64,000 nucleotides of DNA from Bugula neritina. Its lineage: Eukaryota > Animalia > Bryozoa. The stretch lies in contig OZ037771.1 in assembly GCA_964035545.1 (NCBI GenBank), forward strand, positions 1,127,628 to 1,191,627. The letters run 5' to 3'. The notes beneath the pieces were generated by a model, which was not told the origin of the DNA, did not search any database, and saw only the letters and a program-made list of their open reading frames with translations. The translations under genes were made by a program, and so were the position numbers. Below are positions 1-13,968 of the stretch, one piece after another. How positions within the stretch are numbered: the first letter of the stretch is position 1; each line of letters begins with the position of its first letter.

Positions 1-997
1 TATAGGACCATTTGCCATGCATCGCCCTATGGGTTAAATAAGTGAAGAAGTTCTTTGCAATCTTTGCTACTAGCTTAATGAAAATATTCATGGTGGTACA
101 TTCAGGGAGTGTGTTTCCAGCAGTCTACCAATGCAGTTTCATAGCACCCAATTCCAAAATGTTGTAAGTGACTTGCATCTACCATGCAGTTATAATATAT
201 AGACATATAGCCTATGCTATAGCAACATTGTAACATTTCATCAACATGCAATTTTACACACAGCTATCTAAGATAATGAGTAGGTACTATGATGAAGATC
301 TTTGATTTATTGTTTATATTATAATCAACTTCAATACTAATCAATAAATATTAATAAAAAAAAGTAAAAAATTACTAGCAACTCTACAAAAACGAAACTC
401 TGATTATAGTTGAAAAAGAAATATAAATGCAAGAGAAGCTAGCAGCAAGTTAAATATCAGTCAAATCGTTGTACAGAATCAGGGATTTGATCTTCAGAAA
501 GTGTAAGATAACCAGAAACGAAGAGTATGAACATGCTGTACAAGAAAACATCAAAATACTCCTAATAACAGTTCAGATGAAAATAATAATCAACAAAATA
601 TATACTAATTGCTTATTCAGAAGAAGTGGTGAACATTAGACAATGCAAAATCCTGGTTAAATAAGAGGCATGCATCAACGTCTGCATCAACGTCTGCATC
701 AACGTCAGCACCAATGTCTGCAGTGACATCCTTATGATATGTAGTAGGCTGTAGGTACATCGTACACACAAGTGAACCTAATTAAATGAATATTCATCTT
801 AAACTAAGTAAGCTATGTACAATAACAAGTCCAAACACTATGTTGAAGCATTACTTAAAATGTATCATCATTTTCAGCAGTCAACTGTCCATAAAGCTCT
901 GCAGAGGAATTATGACTGATTGTGTAACGAGTAATGTGATTGGCTGTGTCAAATTTGATGTCATGGGTAGACCGTGCAATTGGCTACACCAGTTTGA

Positions 998-3900
998 TTA
1001 ACGGTGATGAGATGTTGCAGATGTGCTGTTCATCACAGCGCTGTAAGCATTCCTTATAAGGACATAGGGAAAGCACGACTCCAACAAGTCCATGCTCAGC
1101 ACCTACAAGGAGAGGATTATATTACTATGTTTCTATATTACTATATTATATTACTGCATCATCATATTACATTTCTATATTACTATATTATACTACTGTA
1201 TCAACATACTATATTTTTATATTACTATATTATACTACTGTATCAACATACTATATTTCTATATTACTATACTATTATAGAACTGCAGTACATACATTTG
1301 ACTCCTGTACAATAATATAGAGGAGTAGATAGACAGACTCTCTTGTTCGAATAGCCTCTTTTTCATTCTCCTGGCCAAGTCGCAGCAAACTAGAAGAGGC
1401 CAAGGCTAGAAACTCTTTCAGTCTCTCCTCCACATCATTGTCTCTTGAGTGAACGAGAAACAGAGCCTGTGCAAGCTGGTTGATAGCTCGGGCTACAGAT
1501 ATACAACATCCTAGTGATGTACCCGCTGTTGCAGCATGTGGTGGTGCAGATACCCACCCATACAGTGAGTGTTACAGTTCTGAGGCTAACAGATACTCAC
1601 CCATACAGTGAGTGTTGTTGGCGTGACCCTGGAGACTTGGTTCAAATGCCGAGTTCCCCGTAGCGGCACGTCTAGGAATGATGACGGCAACAAACACCAT
1701 GAGGAGACAGGCCAGAGTGTACTGGTCCTCTCCCCCCTCCGGTTTCTGGTTGCGTATGGCTGCCACGAGCAGCGGGTCAACAGAACATTCGAACCCTACA
1801 GATACGATGACATGAATACTACAAGATATATAAATACTACACGTGATGTAATATGACACAACTGGACAGGTGAGTTACACAGTATAATATGACACAACTA
1901 GACAGGTGAGTTACACAGTATACTATGACATAACTGGACAGGCACACAAAGAGAAGCCCACCTGCTGAGCCTGCCATCTCCGTCACGTATATACTGTCAG
2001 ATCCTGCTGGCACGTTGTCAGAGAAATCCTTAATAGAGGAGATGAGGAACGGGGCATGATCCAGCATGGCGTCATGGAGCACATTTTGTAGCATGTGTCG
2101 GAATGACAGCAGTACGCCGATGATAGTCAGTCTACATGAAGACAGCAAACTGTTACTAGCCAATGAGAGTCAGTCTACGTGTTACTAGCCAATGGGAGTC
2201 AGTCTACGTGTTACTAGCCAATGGGAGTCAGTCTACGTGTTACTAGCCAATGAGAGTCAGTCTACGTGTTACTAGCCAATGGGAGTCAGTCTACGTGTTA
2301 CTAGCCAATGAGAGTCAGTCTACGTGTTACTAGCCAATGAGAGTCAGTCTACGTGTTACTAGCCAATGAGAGTCAGTCTACGTGTTACTAGCCAATGAGA
2401 GTCAGTCTACGTGTTACTAGCCAATGAGAGTCAGTCTACGTGTTACTAGCCAATGAGAGTCAGTCTACGTGTTACTAGCCAATGAGAGTCAGTCTACGTG
2501 TTACTAGCCAATGAGAGTCAGTCAGTTTACATACTCATAGCTTACTTTCACACCAACCACGTATTCACTTGCCTTTGGAGAACATTTTCCGGATTCTCTA
2601 ACTTTTTTGCCAGTTCAACCATAACGTCAGGTTTGTCAAAGCTGGTTCGAAGCTGAATCAGCGTTTCTTTGTTGCTAATGACAACCTGTTTAAGTTCGTT
2701 GACATAAAGAGCCACCCTGTACATGAGCTGCTCGCCTGCAATAACACACTCCACATGGGGTCAAGGCCGCATACGACAGCAAGGAGTCTATTCAATCATA
2801 GTTGAATGCAACCTTTGTAATGAAGATACCCATCAGCATTTGCGGCAGCAAATAGTAGGAAATGTAAGCAACAGTTATAAGTATTGACAAAGAATATGTA
2901 GTTATCCCCCTCCCCGCTATTCAACTGTGGAAACATACTAGAATACTGAACAAGGTAGATTGTTGACCAGCATAGAAAGGAAGTAACTCCTAATTCCTTT
3001 GCAATGCAGTAAACTTTAGCATCAAGATTGTAAATGGCCTAAAGTAGTGACAGCAGATGGAATATTTACATTAGCCACGTGGAGTTACCTACCCATGTAT
3101 CTCATGCCATAAGGCCCGAGCAGCTCGGCCAATGCCCTCAGCTCTTTCACATCGGAGAATTCCTCCGCACTGAACGGTAGTTTCTCTTCAGATGAGAGGC
3201 TGACAAATGCTTTCTGGAGAGGAGAGTATATGATGTGACCTTGTGACACGTGACGTAGTAGTACTTCCAGGTACCAGTTGGTGTATTTCTACAGTGACAT
3301 GTGAACATGTGTGGTATATATGACTACAATACATACAAGAGTAGTATATATGAGTATAGTACATACAAGAGTAGTATATATGAGTATAGTACATACATGA
3401 GTAATAGTATGTTCCCCAGTCAACCCATCTACTGGCTGTGTCTGGTAAAGCAGCACGTTGTTGAACACCCTGGATATATCTATGTGGATGTAATTCTCCA
3501 GTGACTGAAGGACATCCATCATCGCTTTTACTCCGGACAAAACTTCTGAAGGTTTTGCTATTACTTCACCAGCTGGATTGTGCATTAGCATTCCTGTGTG
3601 TATAGTATAGTACAGTATATTATATAGTATAGTACAGTATATTATATAGTATAGTACAGTATATTATATAGTATATTACAGTATATTATATAGTATATTA
3701 CAGTATATTATATAGTATAGTACAGTATATTATATAGTATAGTACAGTATATTATACAGTATATTACAGTATATTATATAGTATATTACAGTATATTATA
3801 TAGTATAGTACAGTATATTATACAGTATATTACAGTATATTATATAGTATATTACAGTATATTATATAGTATAGTACAGTATATTATATAGTATAGTACA

Positions 3901-6900
3901 GTATATTACATAGTATAGTACATATATTATATAGTACATATATAAAAGTACAGTGTAGCATAGTATAGTAGAGTACAATCAACAGAACAAAGTTACTTGA
4001 TGGTGAATATAGACTAAGGTCCATTACCTGCAAGAGCTTTGTTGAACCTGCCCTCAAGGTTATGCATGAAGAAGTCGCGAGGTACGAAGCCGTGTCCCCA
4101 GACCTGTATGACGGAGCAGTAGTTGAGGGCGTAGCTGAGCTCTGTCAGCGCCATGTGCAGCTTGTCTAGCTTCGTGAAGTCCTCTCTCTGTTTGCGCTGA
4201 CTCTCTTCTCCTGGATTCCTGAATGCTTGGGGTCTACGATTCTTATTCTTTCCTGGAAACAGAAGCATGTCCATGAGATACCAGCAGCAGTATATAGGTG
4301 TAACACTGTTAGACCACAGCTAGATGACATAGATGTAATACTGTTAGACCACAGCTAGATGAAGTAGGTGTAACACTGTTACACCACAGCTAGATGACGT
4401 AGATGTAACACTGTTAGACCACAGCTAGATGACATAGGTGTAACACTGTTAGATCACAGCTAGATGATATAGATGCAACATTGTATGGCAACTCCTCACC
4501 TTGACCGACTCGCTTAGTGTCGAGTTGAATTTTATGCACGCAGTGTTTGGGGAGAACGCCGTCATTCAGCAACACCTGCTCCTCGCATATTGTGGTGATT
4601 ACTTGGTTCAACTGCAACACAACGTTACGCAACTGCAGGCCATGGTTACAGCACACAGCACTCAATACAACAACCACACATATACTGGAGTTATGCACTC
4701 TCAACGCATTGACTAGAAGCAAAGAGCACACGATGTTGGCCAACACACCTCATCTGACATCTCTTTCAGGAACCAGTTACAGTACTGGACGCTCGTCTGG
4801 CCAATAGAATGTCGCTCCTCCGGGCACAGACTCGGGTGAACGGCAGTCAGGAAGTGGGCACAGATGAGTGGAAAGGCAACGCTAAACCTACGAGTAAATT
4901 GCACTGAATGGTATCAAACATGGCAGATTGTTATTCCCAGAGACGAGTTTAACGCAGATTTTGTGTCACCAGTCACTACTACACGCTACGAATACACACA
5001 TAGACGCCCAATCACAAACAGCTTTACAAAGTGATACAACCAATGACAAGAAACGTTACCTATGTTGTGCAGGGAATTCCATGCACTGCCTGAATTGTTG
5101 TTCAAATAAAGTGGTGTGAAAGCAGTAGATGCTGAGGTCTGATACCTCATCCACCAGGTCGTCCAGGAAGTCCACCATCTTGGTGTGGAAGATGATGGTG
5201 TTCATGAGTTTAGCCAGGGTTCTGTGGTCTTGTAGACGGAGGGTGGTGTTGTGAATACTAGTGTACGCCTGCGTTATTATATGTTCTTATATACTAGATT
5301 TACAACTATCCCTAGAAGTTGCAATATAATTCTGATCCGTAATGATCGTTATAGATTCATCTTAGCACAGATGTGACATATTAAGTATAAATAAGTAAAG
5401 ATGACGTAGCTATGTCCATTCACAAAACCTAGAGATTGCTCACTGTCTTCATACACAGTGTCAACAATGAAGTAACAGCAGCTATTACACATGCTACAGA
5501 TGTTTCTACGTAGACAATCGCCACCACAGTATTACTACTATGAATACTACAGACAATACAACAGTAAGTACACGCACTACAATAGTAAACGCAAATGCTT
5601 CAGCTCTAACTACATATACTACAGCAGTGACTACAACAGTAACTACATTATAACTACATGTACTACAGAAGTGACTACAGCAGACACTCACTTGCAGCCT
5701 GACCCAGTCTAATCTTATGCCATCAAACTCAAAGTTCTGCGTCTCCTCTATCTGTCTGAGAGAGAGGTCGTCTATGGAGCGTTTCATAGACGTGACGATA
5801 CCAGACAACTCGTCTGACAGCGGGGGCATGCCAAGGAGAACCTGCTGCAGCTCGGCTACGTCAAACCCCTTGAGATACTGCACGTAATACCTCTGCAGCA
5901 CCTGACTGTACTTCTTCACCAAACCTGCAAGTGAGAGAGAAGAGAGCTGGTCATAGTCACAAGACGAGTAGAAGGAAGAGAATACCGTATAGAGTATTAG
6001 CAGTGGTTACAGCCGTGTTGAGTTTACCTCTCAGTTCTTCAATGTAGAACAGTAGCTCAGGGAGTTGTCGGTCATTCAGGTCATCAGGGTTGGTCTTGAC
6101 CTTGCCCTTAGTCTGGGGGAGATTGTTGGCGTGTCTGAGCAGCCACTCCACCTCGTCTCTCGCGTGACTCAGCATCATGAACGCAAACATAGCCTTGGGC
6201 CCGAGCAGACCCGGCTGGTCAGCAAACAACAGGTTCATCTAGAACACAGGCTATGCATGATGTCTTCTATATACTAACCCACATTAGGTTGCAATACATA
6301 CTGGAATGTGCAGTGATCAGATGCAGTCCACTAGTCAATAGAAAACAATGCAATGATGAGTTGAAAAATAAAGCTAGAAAACATAAAAAGAATTGAGACT
6401 GGTTTGCTGCACTTTGTCTTGACTTGTATTGAATAGTAACAATAGACTGTGCTATAGATAGAGCGTATATAACAGGCAAGAGAATAGCATTATGAAAAGA
6501 TATTCTACACTGATGTGACTCGCTGAAAATGAAATTATTAACAGCATTTTTATGATAAAATTTATTGCACCTTTGTAAGAAATTTGAATGCGAAATATGC
6601 CTTTGATAGTAACACATGTAGAGAGTTACTACTCTGTGGTAACACATGTAGAGAGATACTACTCTGCGGTGACACATGTAGAGTGTTGCTACTCTGCGGT
6701 GACACATGTAGAGAGATACTACTCTGCGGTGACACATGTAGAAAGACACACCAACATGGCTCACCTCCTTCATAGCCATTCTCAGGTATTTCCGGCGATC
6801 TTTGTGAAGGATTGGAGCATCTTGTAGTGCTTTTTGGTGACATTCTTTCACCTCCCGAAGCCGTTTCTCATATCCTACAGATAGTAGCCAACAGTTAGTT

Positions 6901-9561
6901 GCAATACTACAGACTGTATACTACAGACTGTATACTACAGTCTGTATACTACAACACAGACTAGCCTAAATGAATGTCATGTAATTGAACTGCCAGAAGT
7001 TGACAGGAGCAGATATACAGTCTGCCATTACCATCAACTGACTAACTCTTATCTAGAGAGAGTGGTATTATCAATTAGAGAGTTCAACTAGGAAGTCACG
7101 CCTTACATACATACTAGCTCCACCCTCACCCCGCCTACCCACAAACTCTACTGCATTACTCATTAGTAGACATTTTATATTGGAACAAGACCCAGTGACT
7201 TGATTCTCTTCTATCACGGTCTACTTCTTTTTGGAATAAGTTCATATACTGACAAGTTCACAGTGGCTAACTAATATACGCCGTGTCCATCACTTCAGAC
7301 ATCCTGCTCTACCCTAAGGAGAAGTGCTCTTACTATACACAGCTATAATTAGCTCAGCTGCTCTGATAAAGTTTATGTCAAGTTGAGTCATGAAGAGTAT
7401 CGAGTTACTGTGAAGTATGCGGGCTGGCAGCAAGTAACAGGGAAGGACCCACCAACCAGCAACATACCTTTTAGTCTCTCAAAGTACTTCTCTATGATGA
7501 CATGGACATGCAGCACTTCATCTCTCCACAGTTGTATGACCCAGGTGGTTGACAGTGCTTGCTTCCATAACTCTAGGGCAGTGGGTTCTGCTAGCTGTGT
7601 GGTTATAATATGTGTATATATTAAGTGCTATACCATATATACATAGTATAACACAGTATAACATAGTATAACATGGTATAACATAGTATAACATAATATA
7701 TATGCTGTATATAAACCATAGTCTACATCTCAAACAAACTTCATAACATCTGAAAATTCAGTAAGCTGTATGAAAGGGTATCAAATTACTAAAATTATAA
7801 CACAAACCAGAGAAAGTGCGTGCAAAGTTAGCTCAGTGTAAACATATCTGTAAGTTATAACAGTTGCTGCAAATGTTGATAAGAGAGGTTGAGAATATTT
7901 ATAGTCAAAAAAGTACAATTGATAGGAAATTTCAAAAATACAATCACAAGGATTAACTCTTCATCCTTTCACCTAACAGCACTCCCCCATTTCGAATGAT
8001 TTGTTATAGAAACACAGCTAGTCCTGCTAGAGCACCCAAATATCCCACACATTATCTGCATATAAATAGTGACTTTAAAACCTGTCAACTCAGGAGTCAA
8101 ATCAGGTCAGTTCCTCATATGCTAATGAATTCAGATGAGGGACACTTGCAAACTTCTTTAAACTCATTTAAAGTTTAGAGTGAGTTTCTACGAATCTAAT
8201 AATTCAATGGAAGGGGATGAGAGTACATGTCCAACCTGTTGGTGTATAAGCAGGAAACCCAGCACCACCCACTTCTGCATCAAATCTAAGGACAGGTATT
8301 CACAAGGTACAGTCTCACTCCTTGCAGGTTCCATCAATTTATTGGACTCTGATATTATACTGAGGTACTGGTTTGACCGCCATTGATCTGCAGAGAGGTC
8401 TCTTCTTTGATATATCAGCTGTAAGTGTAGAAGCCAAGTAAATGAAATACTAGTTTATATGAAGAGGTCATGGAAGTAGTTACATATTCATATTGATTTA
8501 CGAGCCAAAGATAAATAAATATCTATTATTTATCAATAAAAAAGTGTTTAGGTAAATTTAACAAGTGATTCAGTTTTAATGAATCACTCAACTACTTTGG
8601 ATAGAAACGAATAGTTGAAATTATAAGAAAAAAAAACAGTTTAGACCACAATATGAACATGTTGCTACTAGTATAATGACTACTACTAGTAGTAGTAGTA
8701 GTAGTAGTAGTAGTATGACTACTACTACTACTATTACTACTAGTAGACCCTACTGGCTACTACTACTAGTGCTACTACTACTAATAGTAGTTGTAGTAGT
8801 AGCAGCACTAGCAGTAGTAGGGTCTAATAATGAACTAGTACTACTAATAGTAATTCAAACCGCATATAATAATTATTATAAACATATCTATTCTTATTCT
8901 AGTTGCTTAAAATCTTAACACCTACCTTCAAAGACAACAATGCGAATGTCAATTGCTTAACATGAGGCACAAACTCTTCACACATCTTTTTAATAGGAGC
9001 CTCATGGTAATCGATCATCATTTGGGCTAGACGAGGAAATGAGGTTTCTTGGTTCCCATGCTGCATTTCATGAGCAATGTTATACAATCCAAGTAATGCA
9101 CGTTTGTCTTCAATTTTTGAAACTATTAGCATCATAGACACATAAGTTACAACAAGATCTAAATATTTCTTTGTCAAGTCAAAGTTAATAGATATGTCGA
9201 AATGAATTTGGCTAGCATCGATGATCACAAGCAACTCTCCAACATGGTCTTTGAATTCAATCATATCCACCATGGTGAAATAATGTTGATTTAGAGATTT
9301 CAGTATGTCATTTTTAACATTTGCATTAATGGAGCTTCCGTAGGTTTGACTACTGCAGCTATTAGGATTGAACTTTCTGCTATCCATTGCTTTGATTACT
9401 CCTTCCAAACTTCTCTCACCGAAAACTGATGGACGAGTTTCGGCATTACTTAGAGTCTTTTTCATATCATACAGCCGCGTTAGTAAACCAACTCCACGAT
9501 CATTTAGAATCGTCAATTTTTCAGCCACCCTAGCTTGCCTAACTTGGCCTGCTGGGGCCAT
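998..9561 (-). CDS. NCKAP1: Nck-associated protein 1 (Nap1/Hem, WAVE regulatory complex subunit), 17 coding exons, ~1135 aa
   Basis: Exons in transcript order: 9561-8926, 8418-8236, 7594-7468, 6874-6765, 6238-6028, 5924-5692, 5268-5060, 4887-4749, 4611-4500, 4252-4028, 3593-3397, 3288-3093, 2735-2573, 2131-1962, 1795-1601, 1492-1296, 1102-998. Sum is 3408 nt with consistent phases. Recognised motifs: [99 protein letters not shown]. Confidence 0.97.
1115..1280. repeat. ~42-bp minisatellite, ~4 copies (NCKAP1 last intron)
   Basis: Unit ATATTACTATATTATACTACTGTATCAACATACTATATTTCT. Confidence 0.85.
2152..2524. repeat. 29-bp minisatellite, ~13 copies (NCKAP1 intron 13)
   Basis: Unit GTTACTAGCCAATGAGAGTCAGTCTACGT, near-perfect copies. 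Confidence 0.97.
3601..3970. repeat. 20-bp AT-rich minisatellite
   Basis: Unit TATAGTATAGTACAGTATAT with variants. Confidence 0.92.
4299..4478. repeat. 35-bp minisatellite, ~5 copies
   Basis: Unit GTAACACTGTTAGACCACAGCTAGATGACATAGAT. Confidence 0.92.
6609..6742. repeat. 30-bp minisatellite, ~4 copies
   Basis: Unit GTGACACATGTAGAGAGATACTACTCTGCG. Confidence 0.9.
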
Positions 9562-9841
9562 CGTAGTATGATTCTTTTTAATTTTAGTTTAGCAGTAACC
9601 AGGAAAAGAGAAGCTGAAGCGAAACATCCTTCTTTGACCCAATTGTACCGGATATAGAAATACTTCCTTTCAAATTTGCGCGAAAACGTGCGCTTTGACA
9701 TAAGTGCGCACGCTGTTTCTAAGGAAGTTCTGTGTAAACAAATAGAATTACTTTAGTTGAAGTAATAGCTAATCTTTATCTAGTTTTGCATGAACGACTA
9801 TCACCAGAATATTATTAGGATATGAGCGAATAATAATACAA
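9562..9841. promoter_or_regulatory. Short bidirectional promoter region between NCKAP1 and IQCG
   Basis: Only 280 bp separate the divergent ATGs (9561 minus, 9842 plus). There is a local CpG cluster (TTTGCGCGAAAACGTGCGC, GTGCGCACGC) in otherwise CpG-poor DNA. Confidence 0.75.
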
Positions 9842-12800
9842 ATGGCTACCCCAGAAAGCAGATCTAATCATAGATCACAAAATTCTATTAGAGCAAGTGG
9901 AAGTAAGAAAAGTGCAGCATTAGCTACACTTAAAGCTTATGAATCAGTATGTATAGCTTCAGTTCTTGAAGATTGTGCAGATCAATTGGCTATTTTGGGA
10001 GCCATAATGCCAGGTAGTTATGAAGCCAGAAAAGATGCTAAGCAGGTAACTAAAGTTTTAAAACTGTTATGTTTTGTTATACAAAAAATCTCACGTGAGC
10101 ATAGTGATAGACTAGCAATAACTAGATAATATGCATCTAATACGACTTTCACTTTCAGTCTTTGTCACCAAATCACCTTTTATTTTATTTTAATTTTAGT
10201 CTTACTCTCAATCAGTTTTAGTGCAACATTTATACCTTTGTGCTTTATAATAATCTAAAATGAAAAACTTTGTTCACCACATCATGAAATGCCCTGTAGA
10301 GAAAACCTGTGGCTATCATCTTAGAATGTCTTACATAATTTGATTCTAAGCTTTGTCTGTCTGGTGTTGTCATAATTAGAATGATTGGTTTAGATAGTAA
10401 AAGATGAAATAGGCTCTCTAGTAGATGAACAAAAAAAGCTGGAGGGAGCATATGAAGACGTGATGACTGACAGAGTAGCGGGTCAAGGTGAAGCAGGGTT
10501 AGCTACTAAACAGGCTAGCCATGGTAAAGCTCAACAGGCAGGCAAAGAGTTGACAAACTCTACTAATGTTATGTTGAGAAGTTTGAAGCAAAATCCATTA
10601 ACAATGGACAATCTAAGCAAAGTTCAAGATGACAGGTATGAGTGTTAGATAGTTTGCAGCTTGCTTATGTGTGCTGTGTTATCTCCCATTACATAATAAG
10701 AACTTCATGTAATTTAGATCAAACCCGTGACACTACAAAAAAGTCATTCTAATTCTACATGTATTGGACAGCCTTGCTTATTTTAGAAATATTAGTTTTA
10801 ATTGATTAAAGCTGTGAGCCTTTATTACTCAATATAACAGTATGAGTACCTACTTACTTACTACAGTATGAGTACCTACTTACTTACTACAGTATGAGTA
10901 CCTACTTACTTACTACAGTATGAGTACCTACTTACTTACTACAGTATGAGTGCCTACTTACTTACTACAGTATGAGTACCTACTTACTTACTACAGTATG
11001 AGTACCTACTTACTTACTGCAGTATGATTACCTACTTACTTACTACAGTATGAGTACCTACTTACTTACTACAGTATGAGTGCCTACTTACTTACTACAG
11101 TATGAGTATCTACTTACTTACTACAGTATGAGTATCTACTTCTCCTGAAATATTCTCTGCATTTATATGATGTGATTTAATTCAACAGAAGCTTGTTTTG
11201 AGCTTAGCTTATGCTTGCAGCTGGTATATTATATTTCTATTATTTTATTATTTGCTTTGTTCATTTTTCTTTTTTCTTTGCTTGCTTGATTTTGTATTGT
11301 GAATCTTGTTTTGTGATTCTGTCACTCAGTAGTAATATTTCTAGTTATTTGTTTTATTGTTCCCTTTTATTGTTGCATATGAGTCATATATAAGTTATTG
11401 AAATACAACGTGTGTTGATCATTGTCTATAATATAATAAATATATGTATGTTTTTGCAGAGGATTTCTAGAGAGCGTTGTCATTCAGAGTATACACGAAC
11501 TGAAAGACAAGAATACTTACCACTCCCTAGTTGAAGCTGTCAAAACTGAAAAAATTCGAAAACAGCGACTTCAAGATACAATAAAAAAGTAAGTTTAGAC
11601 TATTCTATTCTTTATATTTAATTATATAATGAGTGTTTGAAACTTTCCTTTAAACTTTCAAACAATGTATCATTCATGCACTAAAATGTTTTTTTTTGTT
11701 ACAGGGAAGAGGAAGGTCGCAAGTACATAAAGAACTTACGAGAGCAACTCATTAATGTTGGCAGAGATAAAGAGTCTGAGGTATAAAACTTATTAAATAA
11801 TTATCTTTTAAATTTAATCTTTATTTATTTCAAAACATGGTCAATTATTGGATATTATTTCTGTAGGTTAATTCAAAATGATTAAACTTCTCAATTGGCA
11901 GTGAAAATGGTACATGCAGTAAAGAGGTGAATGACCATGCTGGTCTATAATTTAGCCTGTTATTTTAGCAGATATAAATATTTGTTAGGTAATTTCTATG
12001 TTTTCCTATTGACCATTTTTGACTAATTCTTATATTGATCAGTACCCTTATATAACTTTATAGTAAATATGCAATTAATATATTATAACTTAATAGTAAA
12101 TATGCAATTAATATATTATAACTTAATAGTAAATATGCAATTAATATATTATAACTTAATAGTAAATATGCAATTAATATATTATAACTTAATAGTGAAT
12201 ATGCAATTAATATATTATAACTTAATAGTAAATATGCAATTAATATATTATAACTTAATAGTAAATATGCAATTAATATATTATAACTTAATAGTGAATA
12301 TGCAATTAATATATTATAACTTAATAGTAAATATACAATTAATATATTATAACTTAAAAGTAAATATACAATCAATATGCAGATACAAATGAGAATGGAG
12401 ATGATCGCCCACCTCAAGGATCAGCTACAGGAAATGAAGGCTAAGACTAGTATGGAAAAGAAGTACATTAAGAAAGTCTGCAACGTCTCAGTATTGCAAA
12501 CACAAAAGATGTGTAATTTAGGAGAAAAAGATTTGAAGGATCAAATAGACGTGAGGGGTTTATGGTATTTTATGCAAGTTGTGGGAGTAATTATTCCTTT
12601 CATTTGTAGTCTGTAGTCTGAGAAAGGTTATGGGATGATATACTGTTTTATGACAAAGCTTACCTGCATTACCCTTGTAAGCTCACTGTTTAGATTGCTC
12701 TTTTTGCAGCACATCTACATAGTTTAGTAGAATTGGTAGTAATACACCACATTGCTAAGTAACATGTTGCCGTCAAACCTCAAACTTCTTCTGTGCTATC

Positions 12801-13551
12801 TAAAAATATATTGTGATGGTTGTATTATGTTATAATAAATTACATTGTTTTGTATTCTATTACATTATGTGGCGTTATATCGCATTGTACTTTATTGCAT
12901 TGTATTGCGTTATATTTGTGCATTTCGGCTGTTTTAGAGGATAAGATCTAAACTGGACGAAGAAACTCGATGCCATGAAGACATCTGCCAATACTTGATG
13001 ACGCACCAAGGGTTACTTGAGACTAAGCTTGAGTACTGGATCGCCAAGTACGAGAAGGACACGGAGGAGAAAGCTAGGGAACTTGATGTACTTAAATCAT
13101 CTAAAGCCAAAGACTTGGAGAGGCTGCAGGAGCTTACGAAACTGGTGTGTTGTCAATCTTGCGTCTTTCTTTTTGCTTCAATTTGCATTAAACTTTACTT
13201 TGGAAATACAATTAAAGTAACTGTAAAATTCCAATTAATATATTATTCTAAAATGTTTACACTGTGTAGTTATACAGTAACAGCTATATGCGCTACATTC
13301 TATTTTTAAATTATTATATATTTCGTTGCTTTGATTAGTATGCGGAGTATGAGCAAGTGGTGGTTGAAGACAGAATTGAGAAGGAAAAGGTGCGAAGGAA
13401 ACACGAGCAGGAAGCTATAGAGTTAAAGGCAGCCATTAGACTTGAAGCGTGGTGGCGTGGTGTCATGGTGAGAAAGGGTCTTGGACCATTCAAAAAGGGA
13501 AAGAAGAAAAAAGGAAAGGGAAAGAAATCTGGAAAGAAGAAGAAGAAATAG
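9842..13551 (+). CDS. IQCG: Dynein regulatory complex protein 9 / IQ motif-containing G, 7 exons, ~412 aa
   Basis: Exons 9842-10045, 10394-10635, 11460-11588, 11705-11780, 12383-12550, 12938-13144, 13339-13551 (1239 nt, GT-AG, phases consistent). Motifs: [47 protein letters not shown], the IQ motif [19 protein letters not shown] and a Lys-rich tail. Confidence 0.93.
10838..11141. repeat. 26-bp minisatellite, ~12 copies (IQCG intron 2)
   Basis: Unit ACAGTATGAGTACCTACTTACTTACT. Confidence 0.96.
12060..12378. repeat. 33-bp minisatellite, ~9-10 copies, abutting the IQCG exon 5 acceptor
   Basis: Unit ATAGTAAATATGCAATTAATATATTATAACTTA. Confidence 0.96.
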
Positions 13552-13968
13552 ACAGCAAAGCCATATTATAGTGTTTATGTTATTTATTCTCATGCGTAAA
13601 CTAAGTGAACAAGTTAGCTTTGATCTGTTTATATGTATAAATTTTAGATAATTCCAAAATAAACTTTAAAAAATGCTTATGCCATAATTTATGATTTTCA
13701 TCAATAATAACTCTGATATACTCTATGTTGCTGTAAGAAACTGGCAAGCAACAAACATCAAATAGGTGAAACAAACTTTCTTCCTATAAACAAGTAGACA
13801 GGTTGACCTACAAAAGCTGCCAGTAAATTAATTAATTAAATAATTGCTATTTAATGATCACATGGTTGTGCAAGGGCTGGGCTAAGATGACCTTCATTGC
13901 ATTGTGCTTTACAGCATGCAATAACAGAGAGCTGTTGGTTTATATTTTAAAACTAAATACTAGCTGCT

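Noticed and set aside
1-37. GGGTTAA end resembling a TTAA-targeting transposon terminus
   Set aside because: Truncated by the window edge; the partner TIR is not visible.
2152-2524. CRISPR-like regular repeats (also 22338-22947 and 49208-49853)
   Set aside because: Head-to-tail units with no unique spacers, inside eukaryotic introns, and no cas genes: these are minisatellites.
8676-8918. ORF with poly-S/T and a hydrophobic stretch resembling a membrane protein
   Set aside because: Derived from (TAG)n/(TAC)n trinucleotide repeats antisense in NCKAP1 intron 1.
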